The notes under the pieces are model-generated. The model ran no database searches and had not been told where the DNA came from. It saw nothing but the letters and a program-made list of their open reading frames with translations. From positions 55,474 through 119,473 of the forward strand of contig MCFE01000240.1 in the NCBI GenBank assembly GCA_002104905.1: DNA of 64,000 nt, in the 5' to 3' direction. A program made the translations under genes and the position numbers. The DNA is from Basidiobolus meristosporus CBS 931.73. Lineage: Eukaryota > Fungi > Basidiobolomycota. Numbering within the stretch: the first letter of the stretch is position 1; every line of letters begins with the position of its first letter. Positions 1 to 11,905 of this stretch are shown piece by piece.

Positions 1-627
1 CAACACTTAACACACCAAAAAGAACTTCTTACCCAATATCAAGATATTGCAATCAAGAAGGTTTTCAAGGGTACAATAGGACACCTGAAGCAGTGGGAGA
101 AGGAACCATCCAAGTAGACCTTAGAAGCAGTGAAGGAAGCCATACACTGACCATTAAAGATGTACTTTATGTACCAGAAATAGTCAATAACCTACTATTG
201 GTAAGCAAGGCCATAGTAGAATGACCCAGTTTTAGCTTTGACAATTCTGGATGCAGGATCACTGATCAATATGGTGCTCATATTACTTTGGGTATCAGAG
301 ATAAGAATCTGTATAAGTTGACTTATATTCCACCATATCTGGAAGCCAATATAGGCAACTTAAATGAAGAAACACCAATGCTTTGGCACAGGAGATTTGG
401 ACATATCAATTTTGATTATATGAGCAAAATGATCAAAGATCAGCTAGTTTCCAGAGTTAAAATTGATCCCCTAGCTAATTTGGAGCACTGTGAAGCCAGC
501 ATATATGGGAAACAAGCCAGACAGCTGTTTAAGAGCTCTGGGTTAATCAAAACTAAGAAAAGATCAGATCAAATTCACTCAGATCTGTGTGGAACTATGC
601 AAAATTTATCCCCAGGTGAGATGACAT

Positions 628-2505
628 TGTAGTGGGGTGACAGTGATACCCACTGACAGATGTGCTCATTCCCTTATTTTTTACTTCCCTATATCTCTAC
701 TACACTTATTTTAGTTTTATCCCATTTGTCTTACCTGATCAGTACTATCCCATAAGCCAGTTGACTATCACACCTGCTAACCTTATTGCATAAGTTACCC
801 TTCACTTTATGTAAGATTACTAGCTATAAGTGCTTCTATATTAGGCAAGTACCGTGCCAGTACCTGTGAGAAATGATCAACCTATGTCACCATCCCTACA
901 ATTTCCAGACCATATATGGTATCCCTATGTTACACAGGTTTCAGAGTACTGATTCCTGATTGGTTGGATGTGCTGTGCCTCTTAGAACCTTCTGGCACCT
1001 ACTTAGAACATTCTTAGGTCATTCTGATGTCATTAAGATTTCTATTGATATCCAGAACCTTCTGGAATACCATGCTTAGTAATCACTTAGCCAGTGAGAA
1101 AAGTATATAAGGGAGGCTATCCCTCAACAATAAATCATCATCCCTTTTATCAATATACCAACTTGTTGATTAGTGTGATCACTGCTACCTGCTGCTACCT
1201 GAACTTCCAACCCCAGACCACAGGACACTCCCAGGGAACCATGCTGACAGCCAACTGACCTTGGAGGCACTACTTGTGAGGAATACTCACAGTAGGTATC
1301 TTTTATTATATTTGATTCTTTCCCAAGTTTGTTCTTGTATAGGCAAAGATACTTTTCTGTCTTTGTAACTATTGACCACAGCTGCATTCTTATCAAGTCC
1401 CTGCTGGTGGAGTTTACAGTTGTTTTGACTTTGGAAGCTTTAGTACATTGTCATCTCAAAGGACGCTGAACCCAGCACATATTTTTGTTAAGACGCTGTG
1501 GTAGGGTAAACATACCTCCCACAGACAAGTTTATTCATATAGTCATTATGATATACTTATCCATATTTTATCTTATCAGTATTATCCCATTCTTCTTTTG
1601 CCCATATTATCAGTATTATCCCCATATGATGTTTACCCTGATTAGTTATTAGCATTAGTTATCCCAGATGTTATTCAGCTTTGTGATCAGTAGATGTATC
1701 TATATAAGGCAAGTACCTGTGTCAGTACCCGTGACACATGACCTAGGTCTGTGTTACCATCCCTACCATTTCAATACCATATATGGTGTTTCTATGTTAC
1801 ACAGGTTTCAGACTACTGATTCCTGATTGGTTGAGAGTGCTGTGCCTTTTAGAACCTTCCAGGACATTCTTGGCATATTTTTAGCTCATAGTGATGTCAT
1901 CAAGAATTCCACTGATACCTAGAATCTTCTAGAACCTTGTCATTGGTAATCACTTGGCAATCAGGAAAAGTATTTAAGGGAAAGCAATCCCTCATCAATA
2001 AATCATCCCTTCTATCAGTAACACTTCTCCCTTATTGATTAGCAGTTGATCACTGCACCTGCCTTCAACAATACATCTCAGACCTGCCATCAAGGAGCTT
2101 TTCAAGGTAGTGCACAAGACACAAAGAGGCCTTTGGAGACACTTGGAGCACCTAGGAAGCTAGAGAAGCAGGAGCTTTTACCATAGAGACATACTGACAA
2201 AGACACCGGCAGTTTAGACCCAGAGGTTATTGCACCCATCAGACACCTCACACACCTTGAGTTGTGTAGCTTCTCCCAGGAGTACCTCTACACCACCACA
2301 ATGCCAACTAAGTTGGGGAATGTAGCTCAATAGTTTTCCCTTGACAAGCTTGTGGCTTTATTCCCCTTCACGTTAGATTAGAGACAGAACCCAAGTATTC
2401 CTAGCAAGCTTTTGCCAGAGGTTATTGCACCCAGTGAACATCCCACACACAAAACACTTGAGGAGTGTTGGACCTATTTCTCCCTTGGACCTATACACCA
2501 TCACA
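628..2505 (+). repeat. Solo LTR, family L1 (1070 bp net of the nested LTR), TGTAG...TCACA, 4-bp TSD ACAT
   Basis: TG...CA ends; ACAT at 624-627 and 2506-2509; same net length and sequence as 47393-48462; TATA-like AAGTATATAAG near 1101-1111 and AATAAA near 1128. Confidence 0.9.
1497..2300 (+). repeat. Solo LTR, family L2 (804 bp, related to L1), nested in the L1 LTR; TSD ACGC/ATGC
   Basis: TGTGGT...ACCACA ends. Flanks ACGC (1493-1496) and ATGC (2301-2304). The empty site GTTAAGACACCAACTAAG is in the other L1 copy near 48252-48270. Shares blocks such as CTATGTTACACAGGTTTCAGA with L1. Confidence 0.9.
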
Positions 2506-3148
2506 ACATATTTATTCACTTTTATTGATTATTATACAGGATACATGTGGGTCTACTTCATGGTGAGAAAGGAAGAAGCTCTGTCTAAGTTCAGGGAGTT
2601 TAAAGCCATGATGGAGAGAGAAACTGGTGAAAAAATCAAGAAAATAAGCTCTGACAATGGTGGAGAATATACCTCAAAACTCTTCATCCCCTTCTGCAAA
2701 GTTCATGGGATAAATCAAGAGACTACTGCACCTTACTCCCCACAGCAAAATGGAGTAGTAGAGTGTGCAAACAGATCAATAACTGATATGGCAAGATCTA
2801 TGATCCATGATCAAAAATTATACTATGATTTTTGGGCAGAATCAGTTGCCTTAGCTGTATACCTTAGAGATAGTAGTTATAACAGAATACTTTGTGATTC
2901 TACTCCATTTGAAGCATTGTATAGACACAGACCAAGTGCAGAATATCTAAAAATACTAGGGTGCGCAGCATAAGCCAAGAAACTGCCTGAAATTAGTCAA
3001 AATTTGAGCTAAAAAGTGTAAGATGCATATTTTTGCACTACTGCAATGAGAGTAAAGCATAGACTCTATAATACCAAAGCAAAGAAGCTAAGCAAGTCCA
3101 GGGATGTTTTGTTTGATGAAAATGCAATATTTTCACAAAAAATGACAT

Positions 3149-5570
3149 TTATATTTGCAAGGACTGAGTGAACTGGATATGTATTTACTCAAGTAGCCTT
3201 CTGAAGTCATTTCTACCAAGAGTACATTGGATGCTTTGAGAGTTATATGTGGACATTGTAGGAAAATCAATCCAGAAGCAGATCACCAATCCCAACTTGA
3301 CATATCTACAGCTTTTGAGCAAAGAGTGTGTGATGGGATTTAAGCAGCTATACTATAAAGATAAAGCTTGAAATGCAGATCTCTGCCACTATTATATCCA
3401 TATGCTACTCCATCTTGCTTTGTATGTGGAGAATATTAGACCTTGCTTCACCTTTTGGGAGTGCTCTATAGATGGGACAAGTGGGGATATAGGAAGACAA
3501 GTCAGGTTGCAGGTACTATTATATCCCAATTTCATCAAGAATATTACCTTCTATTCTGCGATGGATGTGATGAGTTGGCACATGGAAGACAGCCAGGAAG
3601 AGTTGGAAAGTACTGGGGACAGATGTGTGCATGCAGACACCTATGCCTTTGGCATCAAGATGCTAAGCAGCCCAAATGTGTATGTAGTTATTTAAATAAT
3701 GCAAAATTGAGATGGGCTTAACAAGCAACTAAGCTTTATTAGGACAACTTACCAAAGTATGCCAGGTTTTTCTTAATCACAAGTCAGTTTCTCTACCATT
3801 CAATGCCAAGTTCACACAAACAAGAGCTATAGCATACCAATATAGAAGACTAGGATTCAGCAGGGAGAAGAAACAATTGGTAAAATACCAAGAAGTTCTC
3901 TGCAGATATTCAAGAGCTGTATAAAGAATAATTTGGTCTTATGGGTGAATCTAGTCCAGATCAGCCATCAGTGTCCTGCAATGAGTCAAGCATAATACTA
4001 TTAGCTTGCAATTATTAACCATCTACTCAATCTTATGATAGGACTGTTATGTCACTGTGCTAATTTTACTGCCATAACAATGCTTAAAAGCTGACAGTGT
4101 TGTACCTGTCTTTTGACAAGAACTGCATAGCACTCTAATGGTCTTGATGCACTCCATACTTAGTTGAGTAGACCTAGCCTGCCAATGCATCTAGTTGCCA
4201 TATATGGCAAGAAGCTTAACATTACTCTGATGGCCTCATTGTAAACTTTAGTTGGCATTATTATAGCAGTATGGTGGCTTACAGCTAGTTTGCTATAATG
4301 CTACCAGACTAATATACCCAATGTTAAATCATATTCTCTACCTCCCCTTGCACCATTCATATCACCGCTGTATAGTTACACCTCTTTATTTGTTTATCCA
4401 CTGTTACCTTGCACATTCCGTATATAGCACAAGTTAAAGAAAACTCTACAAAGGTGCACATCTGGTGCAATTGATGCACTTCTATCACTTAAGCTTTACA
4501 GCTTTTTAGTGCAATAATTGCAAAGTTGCCATATACTGTGTATTGCTGGTAATACATACATCTTGTAAACATGTTTTGGGATGCCTCCACTTTTAACAGA
4601 AATACCTTCTGAATATCTACATGGAACTTCTTGGTATTCAGCCAATAAATTCCTTCACCCTACTGGATACTAGCCCCTGTAACTGGTGTGCTCTGGCTCT
4701 AGTTTGTGTGAGTTCCCTGCTGAACAATGTGGAAACTGGCTTGTGAGCCATATAAATATAAAAGCTGCAGTTCTCACTAATTAACACCATCAGCCCAGAC
4801 CAGGCTGCATCCCATCACAGCCAAGAAGAGTTAACAACAAGAGAAAGCTAGTTTTCTTCAGAATTGGAAGTACAGCCAGTTGAGCTATGCTCCACAGAGG
4901 TGGATAGGTTTGCAGAGAAAAGCAATTAATTTGCCACTGCTTCAATGTCCTTCATTGTGGACTGAGCGGAGATCCAACTGACAGACAAAGCAACAGCACC
5001 AAGAACTCAAAGGACTATCAAAATGCCTACAGTGGAATTTTTGGACCTTAGAACTAATGGGCACACCAAGAGGTTGCAACACTTCTTCAAGAGCAGTGCT
5101 CAAGCAAACACACTTGACTAATGCAAGGAGCTACTGCAAAGACTAACAGATGAGGTGCCAGACCATGCAGTGCTGGCTGAACACCAGCTTGTATTGGAAG
5201 CATTGAATGACTAGCTGCCTATAGCTATAGGGCTTCTGACAAGGCATGGAAATAGGGCATTTGGGCAGAAAACTTATAAATGTCAATACAATTGGCAATT
5301 GAGGCATAACTAAAGCTTCAACAGAGATATATCACCTTGTAAACATGAGTGCAGTACTTTTTAGCTTCTCCATATTGTTGGACTGTGTGAACTTCTTGAA
5401 TGGGTATACCTGGAATATATCTGGAGTGTTGACAGTATCCACCTTCTATTGTGGTGTATTCCTGACAAGTTATACTACTTTCAATGATTGCATTTGCTGA
5501 AGTGAATGCCATCTAACTGTTAACATATACTGGTATCAGGACAGTCTCTGGGTCATATGTTGTAAGCTGC
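3149..5570. mobile_element. Patchwork of degraded CACTA/EnSpm-like fragments in mixed orientations (transposase C-terminus, subterminal region, ORF2 C-terminus, transposase N-terminus)
   Basis: LLHLALYVENIRPCFTFWE (3402..3695) matches ENIGPCFTFWELPMEQ of the CACTA-like copies. 4760-5300 matches ORF2 at 52200-52800. 5300-5570 matches 49700-49920. Confidence 0.8.
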
Positions 5571-5840
5571 TGTGGTAGGGTTAATATACCTACCACAGGC
5601 AGATTTATCCATTTAGCTGTTGTGGTACATTGACCCATATTTATCTTATCAGTGTTTTACCCTTTTTCTTGGCCTGCAAATTTAGTGTTATCCCTATGTG
5701 AAACTCACCCTGTTTACTATTAGCACTGGCATATGAAATATTACTCAGTATTGTGATCAGCATATGTATTTATATTAGGCAGGTACCTGCATCAGTACCT
5801 GTTATATTCAAGCTATGTCTTGCAATCATCCCTACTACGT
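5571..5840 (+). repeat. 5' part of an L2-like LTR (truncated)
   Basis: Starts TGTGGTAGGGTTAATATACC, matching 1497 TGTGGTAGGGTAAACATACC, and stays collinear for about 270 bp. End is approximate. Confidence 0.75.
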
Positions 5841-5856
5841 CAATTGTACAAATTAT

Positions 5857-6294
5857 AAACCTGTTCCATTAGATAGTGCCGCATTTAGCCATAAGTGCCA
5901 ATAATGTCATAGTATGCCTAAGTGGTAATATAGATCTGTGTTTGGCCACAGAGTGTGATACATAGCTCTATACCATCATGCAAAGCAGCACCTGTGGTTT
6001 ACTCACTATGCTGGAGATGATACTCTTATTGCCTTCTTTGGGATCAACAATGTGCATGATGTGTAAATTCACTGAAGAGCAGAAGACATGCATTGGATAC
6101 TAAATACCCATGGCATGCTGAAACAAGCATCAAAGGCTTGTGACAAGTGGCCAAAATCTGTTGCTCTATCTTGGTCCACTGATACTCTCTGCCATGATAA
6201 TTATATAATAACCTTAAAGTAATACCCCAAAAACAAATAGATAGTACCAGATAGTACCAGTAGACCAGGATAGTATTGTAAGGCCTTGGAGATG
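5857..6294. mobile_element. Diverged left arm and centre of the foldback MITE family, cut by the gypsy LTR at 6295
   Basis: AAACCTGTTCCATTAGATAGTGCC resembles the terminus AGACTTGTTCC.TTGGATAGTGCC; collinear with 40926-41370. Confidence 0.7.
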
Positions 6295-6662
6295 TGTTAT
6301 GATCTTCTGCTTGAATGTTGAAGTTTGATCAGTTTTTAGTCAAATCAATTAGTTATATGTTTAGTTTATCAGTATATCAGTATTATCTATCAAATCAGTG
6401 GCATTAGTCAGCAAATGAATCAGCATATCCTTATCAGACAGAAATAGATATATTAAGTAGGATCTTATTGGGTGAAGATGATGAATCAAATGAGTCATCA
6501 GCCACAGCCTACACTAAGAAATACAATTAGTCAGCAATTGATCTGGCAAAATGTATATAAGGAGCTGCTGGAATCTCAAAAAAGATCAGTTCAAGCTTTA
6601 GTGAATACAATACTAGCTAAACTCCCTATTCCTCTACAACTTGTATACCAAGATTTGTAACA
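6295..6662 (+). repeat. Gypsy LTR1 (368 bp), TGTTA...TAACA
   Basis: Inverted termini; homologous to 11539-11905, 13118-13485 (minus), 19041-19407 and 46059-46426 (minus); TATATAAG box inside. Confidence 0.95.
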
Positions 6663-6663
6663 T

Positions 6664-6672
6664 TGGCAGCAG
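6664..6672 (+). promoter_or_regulatory. Primer-binding site TGGCAGCAG (probably TGGCAGCGG before CpG decay; tRNA-Leu-like)
   Basis: Starts 1 nt after the LTR with TGG. Some tRNA-Leu 3' ends read CCGCTGCCA (from recall, not checked against this host). Confidence 0.55.
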
Positions 6673-6720
6673 CAATAACTAGAAACATCCCTCCTGAAGA
6701 AAGAAGACGCTACCTTCAAG

Positions 6721-8302
6721 ATGTCCAAAAATCAAGAATGGAAGAATGCTATGCAACAAATCCTGGCCCAGCAGCAACAGTTACTCCAGATCCTTAGCCA
6801 GCAGCAACAAGGAATGACTACCATGGCTCAAAGCCAGCAAAACCCTGTCAAGAGCAACTTTAGTGTGAAGGTTAATGGGTACCATGGTAGAGTCAATGAA
6901 AACCTGGGAACTTGGCTCTTCCAGATTGAAGCAGCTTTCAAGGCTAAGGGAATTGCTCCAGAATGCAAGTTACATTATGCAGCCTCTTACCTGGCAGATG
7001 CAGCTTTACAGTGGTACCACAACAAGATCAGGTCAGCCACCATGATGGGATGCTCTATAATCTCTACCTGAGATGAGTTTGTGTCAGAAATTCAGGATGC
7101 CTTTGAGCCCCCACACCAACAGACACTACTAGGAAGAAAGTTGAAGACACTCAGGCAGAAAGGTATTATCCAAGAGTACATCTATGAATATAGATGTCAA
7201 CTTGAGCAAATTGAAAGAATGGACTGTTGTGCATTAACATTGAAAACTTAGCCAATTTTACTCCGTTTGAAAATCTGGTACCCTAACTGATTTTCCCTAA
7301 CCCAAACATAATAAATCCCAGTTACAGTTTATTTTATCCCACCTCAGAATCTATTTTTAGCTATCACACCTGATCTATTTTCAAATGGTCATTACGTTAT
7401 CAACCTATCTGCCAAGCCTTCCCAGGTGTTTAGTCATCTGAGATCTATGCAACCACTGTGCAGTTGCCAAGACATCAGTTGATTGATGATGTAATTTTTA
7501 TTTATCTAATGCACCTATGAACACCCATATTGATTTCAATCAATCCAGTCCCTTGGCGCTTACTAATGCAACTTGATCAGAAAAATATAAATAAAGTTTA
7601 CTGAACCTTTTGGTTTAGTGTGTGTCTCAACAAAATTAAGATTCTGTCTCAGCAAAAATAAGAATCCAACAATTCAGTCCTAGTTTCTATCCAAGCCTAG
7701 TATATCTATCACTCCAAAGAACACCAAGCCTAGCCTGCCTAGCAAACAAATATCATTGTCTTTATAGCCAACCCGCTTTATCCAAGACCAATATTAGATC
7801 AGAATCTTTCTGCTAATATTTCTGCCACTCTCTGACAATTCTAAGATTCTGCACTTAATTGTCCCTTTGGTTCAGTTAAACCATTCAAGAGTTATATGGA
7901 CCCTCTGGATCAAGTTGAATACTTTATTGATGGGTTGAAAGAAAGAACTTGTAAGGAAGTGAAATATTAAAGACCTCAGACTATTGAAGAAGCCATCAAG
8001 ATTGCCACCAGCTATGACTCAGCTATGTTTGGAGTTTGGAAGCCCACAATGACTAATTGGAGAGGCTACAATCACTACAAAGAAGATAATCAGAAGCAGT
8101 GCCAATGGAAATAGATGCTATGCAGAAAACTCCTACCTCAGAAGAATGTAAGAAGAAAGGACCTTGCTTCAATTGCCACCAGCAGGGGCATATTGCAAAG
8201 TACAGCCCTCAGAGAAGAAATGGAACCAGCCATCAAGAACCTTTAACCTTATTGAGTCCATGGAGCATAGTAACATGGAGGATGAACTTGAAGAAGACTT
8301 AG
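6721..8302 (+). pseudogene. gag: Gypsy gag (capsid-like domain plus degenerate CCHC knuckle), with stops and a solo-LTR insertion
   Basis: ENLGTWLFQIEAAF...LADAALQWY (6721..7071); TGA at 7069; CFNCHQQGHIAKY (8099..8302). Confidence 0.9.
7225..7896. repeat. Solo LTR of a family seen only once in this window (672 bp), TGTTG...TTATA, 5-bp TSD TGGAC
   Basis: TGGAC at 7220-7224 and 7897-7901. The empty site AATGGACCCTCTGG is in the inverted gag copy near 12550-12565. LTR identity is inferred from the TG end, TSD length and lack of ORF. Confidence 0.75.
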
Positions 8303-11300
8303 AACTCACCTTCTGTATGACAGAGGAATACCTATCCCAGATGATCTCAAACTCAGGAAAGCTATTATACTTGAATGGAGGGAGTAATGAAGTACCTGCC
8401 AAGATCATGATTGACTCAGGAGCATTGCATGAGTACATGTCAGAGCAATTTGCTTTGAAAGCTGGAATGAACTTGGAACCCACCAAATCAACTTCAGTCT
8501 CAACAGCTGATGGAAACTCTCACATAATCATCTGTATTACTCAGCCAGTAAGGATGAAGATCAATGACTATGAAGAAGATCTACGGGCGTATATATTTGG
8601 GAACTGCAAGTTTGTCCTTATACTTGGAAAACCTGGCTATTTTGTTGTAATCCATCAATCAACTGGAGAACCCAAGCTACTCAGATCCTGAAGGACAATA
8701 AGACCTATGAGCTATTACCTGCCAGACTAGATTTTAACTTGGTCAACTCCTGTGTGTGTGAAACAAGTGAACTTAGCAAGACACAGTTCTGTAGAGCACT
8801 ACAAAAAGGTACCCAGATGTTCCTCATGGCAGTATTACAGGAGGATTCCTCTACTCCAGTACCCCAGAAGATCAAGACTCTATTGAAGGAGTATTCAGAC
8901 ATATTTCCAGATGAGCTTGTAAGCCTACCACCAGTCAGAGACATGGGTAATGCCATTGAAACAGGAGATAGCCCTCCAGTGAGTAAGACTCCTTACAGAA
9001 TGAGTCTATTGGAGTTGGAAGAGATGAAGAGACAAATAGATCAGTTACTGGAGCAAGAATATATCAGACCCAGCAAGTCACGTTGGGGAGCACCAGTACT
9101 TTTTGTGAAGAAGAAGGATGGAACACTTAGGATGTGCACTGACTACAGTGCCCTCAACTCAGTTACTGTGAAGAATAAGTACCCCATACCTTTGATTGAT
9201 GAGCTCTTGGACCAACTCAATGGAGTCACTATTTTCAGCAAGATTGACCGCATGTCAGGATACAACCAGATTAGGGTGAAGCCAGAAGACATCCCTAAGA
9301 CAGCATTCAGGACCAGATATGGACATTACAAGTACTTAGTCATGAGTTTTGGCCTCACCAATGCCCCTGCAACATTCATGACCCTGATGCCAATTGTCTT
9401 CCAGGAGTACTTAGACAACCTTGTCATAATCTACCTAGATTATATATTGACATACAGCAAGACAGAAGAGGATCACTTGGTGCACATTAAAAAGGTCTTG
9501 AGGAAGCTAAGAGAGAACAAGCTTTATGGCAAGCTACCCAAGTGTGAATTCTTCAAGGAACACATTGAATATCCAGGACACATAGTCACTAGCACAGGAG
9601 TGACCTTAGACCCTAAGAAGGTTGAAGTTATCAAGAATCTGAAGCAGCCCCATAGCATATCAGAGCTCAGATCATTCCTTGGAACAGTTTCCTATTATTG
9701 GAGATTTGTCAAGTCCTTTGCAAGTATTGCAGCCCCTTTAACTTATATCCTTAAGAAAGACAGTATGTACAAGTGGGACATAGCTTGTGAGACTGCCTTC
9801 CAGATGCTCAAGAATGAACTTGCTAAGCTGCCAAGCTTGAGTATACCTGACTTCAGGAAAGAGTTTACTCAGTGCACAGATGCATCAGATTATGCAATTG
9901 GTGGATTGTTGAGCCAAAAACACAAGGGAAAGAACTACCCAGTTCCCTTTGAATCCAAGAAGCTGAACTCAGCAGAACAAAACTATCCAGTGCATGAGAA
10001 GGAGATGCTTGCTATAATACACTGTTTGAAGACATGGAGATGCTATATTGAGGGAGTCAAATGCACTGTGAAGACTGATCATGCCTCCCTCAAGTATATA
10101 TTTAATCAGAAGGTACTCTCTATAAGAATGACAAGATGGAGTGAATACATTCAGCAATTTGACTTGGAAATTGTCTACTGCCCTGGTAAAAGCAACACAG
10201 TTGCTGACACCTTATCAAGATTAGATCAAGTTGCACAACTAAACTTGGTGCATGAATCAGATTGGCCTAGCCTTTTACCAAAGTACTTAGATGACCAAGC
10301 CATTCCTAATGAGGTGGATGAAGATATCAAAAAGATAATCCAGGATGAAGATAGCAAATCTGTAGTACATGATGAAACACTCTACCAAATTGTTGATGGA
10401 AGCCCTATTGCTTATTGCCCTTATGTTTCTTGCCTGGATCTAATACATAAGCAACACAATGGATATGGGCGTCTTGGAATTGAAGGAACCTGGAGCCTTG
10501 TCAAAGCCAGAGCATGATGGCCCAGAATGAAACATGACATTGAGAAGCTAGTGAAAACATGCCCAAGTTGCCAAATCAACCAAGGCCAACCACAGAGAAT
10601 TGCTGAACTCTTACCCTTGGAGCGTGTAAGACCATTTGAAAGATGGGGAATTGACTTTATTGGAAGACTGCCAACTACCAGTAAATGCAACCGTTGGATC
10701 CTAGTAGCAATTGACCATGCCACTAAATGGCCAGTGGCTAAAGCTGTACCTATAGCCAGTGAACAAGAAGTTGCAAGTTTCATCAACCATGAGATCCTTA
10801 TGAAGTTTGGATGCCCTGTAGAGATTCTTTCTGATAGAGGTGCAAACTTTATGGCAAGGACATTGGAAGCTTACCCGGAAATGCAGCAGATCAAACACTT
10901 GAAAACCTTGGCATATCACCCCAGAACTAATGGAGTCACTGAACGGTTTAATGGATTGTTTGGAAAAATGCTGACCAAGTATTCAAATGGAGTTGTCAGT
11001 AGATGGGATGAGTATATAGACCAAGCACTCTTTGCATGCAAAGTCAGAGTACACAACACCACCCAGCAATTGCCATTTTACTTGGTGTATGGATGTAAAC
11101 CAAGGATTCCAGAAGATCTCACACAACCAAAGCTTACAGACACCTTAGAAGATGAACTCAGTCAGCCAAGTAGACACCAGCAGCTGGAACAAAGACATCA
11201 AGAGGCACAGACCAAAGTATCTCAAAGGGCAGAAAAGATGAAGCAGAGAATTGATAAGACTATAGCACCAGAAGCATTGACAGTAAGGAACTTTGTATTG

Positions 11301-11528
11301 CTAAGAAACAACAGTTGGAAGAAGTTTGAGCTACAATGGACAGGACCATTCAAGATCATCAGAGAATGTCTATTTGCAGCTTACCAACTAGTGGACAAAC
11401 AAGGCAATATTGGGGAAGACTTAGTGCAAAGGGACAGACTCAAGCTTGCAAGACTTGCTGATAATATTGAACCATCAAGATATTGGTATCACAAGAAAAG
11501 AGATTCAGGAGAACCCTCTCAACTTTAG
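8164..11528 (+). pseudogene. pol: Gypsy pol: protease, reverse transcriptase, RNase H, integrase with GPF motif
   Basis: IMIDSGA; RT with YLDY in place of YxDD; TDASDYAIG; HEKEMLAI; TGG->TGA at 10515 with in-frame continuation; TCPSCQ, IDFIG, SDRG, ERFNG, QWTGPF. Confidence 0.95.
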
Positions 11529-11538
11529 CAGGGGAGAA

Positions 11539-11905
11539 TGCTATGATCTGCTGCTTAAATGCTTAAGTTAGAGCAGTTTTTAGTCAAGTCAATTAGTTAT
11601 ATGCTTAGCTTATCAGTATATCAGTATTATCTATCAAATCAGTGGCATTAGTCAGCAAATTAATCAACAGATCCTTATCAGACAGAAATAGATATATTAG
11701 GTAGGATCTTATTGGGTGATGATGATGAATCAAATGAGTCATCAGCCACAGCCTACATTAGGAAATACAATTAGTCAGCAATTGATCTGGCAAAATGTAT
11801 ATAAGGAGCTGCTGGAATCTCAATAAAGATCAGTTCAAGTTTTAGTGAATACAATACTAGCTAAACTCCCTATTCCTCTACAACTCTTATACCAAGACTT
11901 GTGAA
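11539..11905 (+). repeat. Gypsy LTR2; its U5 end is joined directly to inverted pol sequence
   Basis: Follows the PPT. Ends GACTTGTGAA (slightly altered end) then CTTACTGGCTG, the reverse complement of 8542-8552. Confidence 0.92.

Larger units (their letters stand above)
1..3148 (+). mobile_element. Ty1/copia family A fragment (copy A1: protease end, GAG-pre-integrase, integrase), interrupted by a solo LTR at 628-2505 and truncated at about 3148
   Basis: Collinear with the near-intact copy at 61710-63000. Motifs LWHRRFGH (288..632), HSDLCG, FIDYYT, SDNGGEY and PQQNGVVE (2425..2973). Coding continuity is broken at the ACAT duplication 624-627/2506-2509. Confidence 0.93.
6295..11905 (+). mobile_element. 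Ty3/gypsy LTR retrotransposon G1, full length but defective, no chromodomain seen
   Basis: LTRs 6295-6662 and 11539-11905; PBS at 6664; PPT AGGGGAGAA at 11530-11538; domain order gag-CCHC-PR-RT-RH-IN. Confidence 0.95.

Noticed and set aside
1124-1396. 90-aa antisense ORF in the L1 LTR, also open at 47890..48162
   Set aside because: No recognisable motif; the two LTRs are close copies, so shared openness is expected; no L2 equivalent in the ORF track.
6663-6673. Tf1-type self-priming (PBS partly complementary to GCTGCTG in the LTR)
   Set aside because: The match is only 7 nt and lies 3 nt after the TATA-like box; a TGG-initiated tRNA PBS explains it better.
8164-8302. Possible programmed -1 gag/pol frameshift in gypsy G1
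   Set aside because: The frames overlap in both arms, but there is no canonical X XXY YYZ heptamer and the arms share other disabling mutations, so a shared lesion is equally likely.
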